DNA of 64,000 bases. Origin: Gekko japonicus. Lineage: Eukaryota. The DNA lies in NCBI RefSeq assembly GCF_001447785.1, contig NW_015167545.1, forward strand, positions 631,555-695,554, written 5' to 3'. Position 1 is the stretch's first letter; each line of letters begins with the position of its first letter. Below are positions 58,901 to 64,000 of this stretch, in pieces. A program made the position numbers and the translations under genes. The notes beneath the pieces were generated by a model. The model ran no database searches. It saw only the letters and a list, made by a program, of their open reading frames with translations, and was not told the DNA's origin.

Positions 58901-61900
58901 AAGTGCAGCCTTGGCTGGGCCGATAAAGCGAAGAGTTCTGCCTGAAGCTCATCTTGTGGCTAAAGAGAAAGTGCTGGATAGCCAAGACTAACAGCCGTCT
59001 AAGCGCACTGCTGTGTCCCACCAGTTGGGAAAGATTGTATGATGGGGACTGTGGGAGTTCCATGAGCTGTCAGGCTGGTTAAAACATGCAAGGCAACACT
59101 GACCACGTTAATCTTTTGTTTCGTTCCAAAATGCTGTATCTTGCCATTTCCACCCAGAGCCAATTCAAAACAACATTTTAAAACCAACCAAAATGATAAA
59201 CAAAAATAAATATGAGAGTAAATAAGAGAAAAGCAGCACAGAGTCAGGTTCGGCCTAAAAGCTCCTTGTAAAAAGAGCAGGTTTTGTACCTACGTTGTGT
59301 CAGTTTCAGACTTGTGCTTCATTTCCATAATCTCAACCATGTAGAGGTCAATCGGCTCGCCTGGTTTTTGGATTGCCAGAACAGAATCCACTACAGCCTG
59401 GCGGTGGGAGGAAGAGGACAGTCCTATAAAAAACATCACCATCTTCTACCCATTCCCCCAGATGGTCATCACCTCCCCTCCCTGTTTAAATATGAAAGCT
59501 GCACACAATTACTTAGAAAGTGTGGGAAAAAATGAAGCCACTTAAACGCTTACCTCCGTTAAGACATCAGCAAGTTCAGCATGCACCTTGGTGCGAAGAG
59601 AGGTTTTGGCAACATCGATCAGTGTTTCTCTATCCATTTCTTTTGTTACTTTGACTTGCTCCAGGACCTGAAGGGCTTTCTCCTTTGCAGCCTCAAACCC
59701 TTCGGTAACTATTCGAGGGTGCAAGCCCTGACACAAGAATAAACAGAAAAATGAATGCATCTTCCTCACTTTCAGTGCTGCTTTACTTGGCAAAAGGGGG
59801 GAAATAATTTAATAATGAATCTCTGGATATGTCTATCACCTTCTTGGGTACAAGAAGATGGCATTTCCATGAGTCTATGCAAACTGTACTGTCCTTTTGA
59901 ATACATAGGAAAGACGTTCCCTTCCTATGTAGAGGGTAAAGTACACATTATTCTAGCACAGAGTTATGCCAAAAGAGCTATGTAGCCCACTTGGGTGTTC
60001 ACTGTGCAAACTTGGGGTGTTAGAAGGTTCAACATATCTGTGTGCTGCCACAGTCAATCATGCCACAAAGCCACAAATGATCTGAACACATGAAAGTCCA
60101 ACCTGACAAGAGTAGAATTGATCTTTGTTAAAACAGATGCCCTGGTTTCAGAGACTAAACACCCAATTCCCCCTTATGCAGAGGCACATATAAAGTCAGC
60201 ACCGCTATGGCAATGGACTTCAATCTGAATCAGCAACAATTAACGTGTTGCTTCCAAAACATAATGGTAGTAAAATATGGTTAATGCAGCCAGATTGCTG
60301 AATGCTCACTTCTTGTTGTCTAACACACAGACATACCTCTGAAATATAAAGGTCAGCCTGCTTGAGCAGCTCCCCAATGATGAGGACATTGGAAGTCGTA
60401 CCATCTCCGGTGATGTCATCCTGTGCTGTTGCTACTTTGGCTATCAAGGAGGCTGTTGGGTGCTGGATTTGCTGAGGAACACATAAAGAAATAAGCAATG
60501 GCAAAAGCATCCAGTTCTCATTACTGCAGCGACCCAAGATTGCTGGGCTTCCCAACCAGCCTTGCTGTACTTGGCCAACTCACAGACACACAGCAGTACA
60601 AATCCTCCCCCCAAGCCACCATCCAAACTTAACCAATGAACAGTCAGGAACAGCCTCTTAAAAGACTGAGTGAGACGTTTCTGAGATGGCTGTACTAGTC
60701 ATTATTAACAAGCATCTAACTTTGCATTTCAGAATTTGTGTTCAAGGTTTAACAGTATAAAGGAAAACATTAGCCCTTGCCATGGACTTCTGTACAACAT
60801 CCAAGCTGCTGCACTGATCTTAAAAGCATCGTTTCTGTTTCCCAAAGACAGTTGAGTAGTACTATCTTTAAGCTAGATTTTACATGGCTTAAAAGGTATT
60901 CTATTGTCTTCAAAGCTACGCCTCTCTGAGAGAGAAAATTACATTCCTGGTCTATATTATGATTAGGTTTTTGGTGCTTTATTTGTCAGCTTGTTATTCT
61001 GCCTTTTCTGCAAGTTCAAGGTGCTGTACATGGTTCTCCCCTCCTCAGCTTTATCCTAACAACTCCGTGAGGTAGTGCAGGCTGAGTTAAGTGCAGCCCC
61101 GTAGCCAGAATGTATCCAGAACATTTTTGGTGAGGGGGGCCCCCTGAAGTGGTGACGTTACCCGGAAATGACTCTCCTCCTCCTTCTCCATTAATGGAGG
61201 AATATGCCAGGAACGGAGAGGGAGAAGGACAGTTGATGAGGCAGGCAGGTAGGGCTGTGGGCGGCTGCTGCTGAGGGAGGAGAGCCGAGGCGGGCCATTC
61301 TCTATGCCTCGTGCGGCAGAGAGGCGAGCTAGTGGTGCTGCCGGCTCCTCTTACTTTTGAAAGGTAAGAGGAGAAGAACCATTAGCATGCCTCCACCAGC
61401 CCATGAGGCACAGAGAATGGCCCATCCCGACACCCCACTGGCTCCTCCTGCTGCGGCTGAGCATGACAGCGAGGCCACAGCGGGCAGGATAAGGACTGCG
61501 GTGCACCAAGGGTGGGTGCATTGGGGTCTGGCATCCTCCCTGGGGGTGTAGGGCTCATCTTTGGGGGCACTGCCCCCAAATCCCCCCCCCCCCGGTAGCC
61601 ACAGATCTGCCAGGGCAAGTGCAGATGGCCCAAGGTCACCTAGTGAGCATTATAGCAGAGAGGGGATTTGAGCCCAGAGCTTCCCAGGTTCAATCCAGCA
61701 CTTCTTTCCCCTCCGTTTGAAGAAATGACTCACCATCTCATGAAGCAGTACATTGCCATCTTTGGTAAGCTTGATATCTCCAGCACCAGATACAAGCCTG
61801 TAGAATTAAAAAAAAGAGAGAACCATCAAATTCTAGTCTAATTTTATAGGTGCAGGTTATTGAGAATATACTGAAAGTACAGCCCTTCCCCCAATGCCAC

Positions 61901-63298
61901 TCATTTGTTTGCTATGCGGAGAGAGCAACCATGCCTTTGTATCAGAATCTGCTGCTTTTCTTTGCTCATCCCCTGCCTTTTAAGCCCAAAGAGACCTGCA
62001 TGACAGCATACTTGTGCTGCAAAACTAACCGGGCTGCCAACTCAAGCCATCCGTCTTCAACTAGAGAGCTGTAAACAATTACTGAGTCCTCCTCATGCAA
62101 TATATCCTATAGACCACGAGAGTGACATCACAACCATCATTTGGAAACCGAGAAGGGGGGGAGAGAACAAGGACAAAAATGGAGAGGCTAGAAAAAAGGC
62201 AAGATCTGGAGGGGAAAAGTTTATACACACAAACACACACACTGAATTAAAACACATTCTATGTTGTAAGATTCCCTAAGAATCTTTTGAGAGGGTACAG
62301 GTCACCGCTTAAGTAAAGGGTAGCCAGAGGGGCAAGGCAGCGTGGCATCAGAAGCAGGGCTCAAAGAACAATAATGGCAGGTGCCTTATTTGGAGCCAGA
62401 ATGATCACTCAAGTAGCCCAGAATTGCCCAGTCTGATCAGCAGCTGACAAAACTTTCCCAACACCTATGCTTTTCCATAACACTTCATATCCTGCTTTTT
62501 GATCTCTGTTCTCACAACTGCTACCTAGCTGCCCCCTAGAAGGGCAGGACCTAAAGACAATGGCACCTTGCAAAGAGGTAGCCATGTTAATAACATAGCA
62601 AATTCCAATGGCATCTTCAAGACTATGTTTATTTCACCATGAGCTTTCAAAGTCACAGCACTCTTCTTCAGACAGAAATGAAGGGGGTTCTGCCTCATGA
62701 ATTCTCCTAGGGAAATAAATGGTGTTAAGTCTTTAAGGTGCTACTGGATTTCTATTTTCCATCGAGTCAAAAGCCTTCCTCTGATCTCTCCCCCCCCCCC
62801 ATCCCAAGGGTCCCCTTAGCCATCGGGGCTGCGATGAACTACATCCAATGATGAATTTCCTTTTCTCATCCAAACCCCCCACCCTTGAAAGGAAGCCATC
62901 TAAGTGAGCGGTCATCACTCCATCTAGTGGGAGCAAGTTCCGTAAGTCAATTCCACCAACCGAGTCCAATAATATTCTGGTCCGGAGTTGGGGGGGGGGG
63001 GGGACACCCGAAATGCTGTCGCNNNNNNNNNNNNNNNNNNNNNNNNNNNNNNNNNNNNNNCGCGCCCCCCCCATCCCCCCCCCCCCCCCACACACACACA
63101 CTTCCGCCCCTAAACGCCACGCGGGGTAGCCCCGCCTCTCGTCCCTTCCTGCCCTCCTTACATCTTCATGGTGCCTTTGGGGCCGAGGTTGGTCCTGAGC
63201 ACGTCCTGCAGGCCTCGGGCTGCGCTGATGTTGACGGCCAAAGCCGCCTGCGCCCTCGCCACCTCGGCCTTGGGGTTGAGCGATTTCACCGCCGCCAT
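54679..63298 (-). CDS. CCT6A: CCT6A, T-complex protein 1 subunit zeta (TRiC/CCT), 531 aa, whole span
   Basis: 14 exons of 137, 64, 135, 174, 104, 111, 160, 83, 97, 148, 134, 103, 73 and 73 nt (1596 nt). [72 protein letters not shown]. Confidence 0.98.
55038..55110 (-). CDS. CCT6A: CCT6A exon 13
   Basis: [23 protein letters not shown]. Confidence 0.95.
55485..55587 (-). CDS. CCT6A: CCT6A exon 12
   Basis: [34 protein letters not shown]. Confidence 0.96.
55875..55916. repeat. (AC)n microsatellite
   Basis: About 21 AC units at the tail of a 5S-derived SINE. Confidence 0.9.
56053..56186 (-). CDS. CCT6A: CCT6A exon 11
   Basis: [44 protein letters not shown]. Confidence 0.96.
56627..56774 (-). 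CDS. CCT6A: CCT6A exon 10
   Basis: [49 protein letters not shown]. Confidence 0.97.
57145..57241 (-). CDS. CCT6A: CCT6A exon 9
   Basis: [32 protein letters not shown]. Confidence 0.96.
57852..57934 (-). CDS. CCT6A: CCT6A exon 8
   Basis: [27 protein letters not shown]. Confidence 0.96.
58093..58252 (-). CDS. CCT6A: CCT6A exon 7
   Basis: [34 protein letters not shown]. Confidence 0.97.
58472..58582 (-). CDS. CCT6A: CCT6A exon 6
   Basis: [36 protein letters not shown]. Confidence 0.96.
58687..58824 (-). ncRNA. SNORA15: H/ACA snoRNA SNORA15 (ACA15) homologue in CCT6A intron 5
   Basis: Minus strand GCATGGACGAAT..CAGACACCATGC hairpin, H box AGAACA, second hairpin containing TGATGGCATGCT..AGCATGCC, ACA box. 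Resembles the recalled human SNORA15. Confidence 0.85.
59294..59397 (-). CDS. CCT6A: CCT6A exon 5
   Basis: [34 protein letters not shown]. Confidence 0.96.
59554..59727 (-). CDS. CCT6A: CCT6A exon 4
   Basis: [31 protein letters not shown]. Confidence 0.97.
59882..60009 (-). ncRNA. SNORA22: H/ACA snoRNA SNORA22 (ACA22) homologue in CCT6A intron 3
   Basis: Minus strand TTGCACAGTGAACACCCAAGTG..CTGTGCT, H box AGAATA, second hairpin, ACA plus 3 nt. 5' end matches the recalled human SNORA22; CCT6A is a known host gene. Confidence 0.88.
60337..60471 (-). CDS. CCT6A: CCT6A exon 3
   Basis: [45 protein letters not shown]. Confidence 0.97.
61734..61797 (-). CDS. CCT6A: CCT6A exon 2
   Basis: [21 protein letters not shown]. 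Confidence 0.96.
63023..63060. other. Assembly gap
   Basis: 38 Ns between poly-G and poly-C tracts in CCT6A intron 1. Confidence 0.99.
63162..63298 (-). CDS. CCT6A: CCT6A exon 1
   Basis: [24 protein letters not shown]. Confidence 0.96.
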
Positions 63299-63299
63299 C

Positions 63300-63570
63300 T
63301 CGCCTCAGCTACCGAGACAGAGGGGCGGAAAAGGGAGTAGGAACTGCGCGCGCAACTCGCGGCCGCCTGACTGAGAGAGGAATGAGAGGCGGGACGGAAT
63401 GTCGTTTCTTCGCTCCCTTCTGGAAGTCTCCACCGCCACGTGGGGCCGCTCATTGGCTTGGCCGCAAACCGGAACCAGTTTTCAATTGGCCGACGGTGTG
63501 TCACTCAAGCATTGCCGCGCGGACTAGGGGGCGGCTGTTTAGAGCCGTTGGAGACCGTTACTAAGCAAAA
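63300..63570 (-). promoter_or_regulatory. CCT6A CpG-island promoter
   Basis: CpG-rich. E-box CACGTG 63437, two CCAAT boxes on the minus strand (about 63452 and 63485), ETS CCGGAA 63469, partial heat-shock element TTCtgGAA 63418. Confidence 0.7.
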
Positions 63571-63715
63571 TGGCAGACCTGGGTGTGGAATAATTGCAGA
63601 CAGATAGATAGGCATATATAACATAAACACACACAGATACATATGTCGATCGATATATATACTTTTTAATGTTTTCAAATGTATATTGATATATATGTAT
63701 TTCTATGTAGACAGA

Positions 63716-63990
63716 AGTCCGCATGGTCAAAGCAATGGTATTCCCAGTAGTCATGTATGGCTGCGAGAGTTGGACTATAAGGAAGACCTACCGAAGAATA
63801 GATTCTTTTGAACTATGGTGCTGGAGAAGACTCTTGAGAATCCCTTGGACTGCAAGAAGATCAAATCAGTCAATCCTAAAAGAAATCAACCCTGACTGTT
63901 CCCTGGAAGGCCAGATAATGAAACTGAAGCTCAAATACTTTGGCCACCAAATGAGAAGGGAGCACTCCCTGGAGAAGACCCTGATGAAAT
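63716..63990 (+). mobile_element. BovB (RTE) LINE ORF fragment
   Basis: RMVKAMVFPVVMYGCESWTIRK..FELWCWRRLLRIPWTARRSNQSILKEINP..LKLKYFGH. Confidence 0.9.
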
Positions 63991-64000
63991 TGAGCAAACT

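Overview
Vertebrate genomic DNA from a squamate reptile, probably a gecko, judged from the Sauria SINE, BovB, L2, CR1, Penelope and MITE content. The window holds four spliced genes in the same order and relative orientation as the human 7p11.2 cluster: CHCHD2 (+, 4 exons, 150 aa), PHKG1 (+, 9 coding exons), SUMF2 (-, 9 exons, 319 aa) and CCT6A (-, 14 exons, 531 aa). Two H/ACA snoRNAs (SNORA22 and SNORA15 homologues) sit in CCT6A introns. All exons were traced by hand through GT-AG junctions with consistent phases, with one exception: the penultimate PHKG1 exon lacks about 28 nt at its 5' end, which would cause a frameshift (real loss of function or an assembly collapse). Introns and intergenic DNA are dense with transposons, including solo LTRs and hAT MITEs with perfect target-site duplications (TSDs), nested insertions, long inverted repeats, a chimeric SINE, and Penelope-derived minimal hammerhead-ribozyme motifs lying sense in SUMF2 and CCT6A introns. 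I found no convincing wholly new multi-gene system. The best leads are the PHKG1 lesion, the intronic hammerhead motifs, the apparent change of host intron for SNORA15 and the chimeric SINE. Comparisons with human sequences and repeat families are from memory, not from searches.
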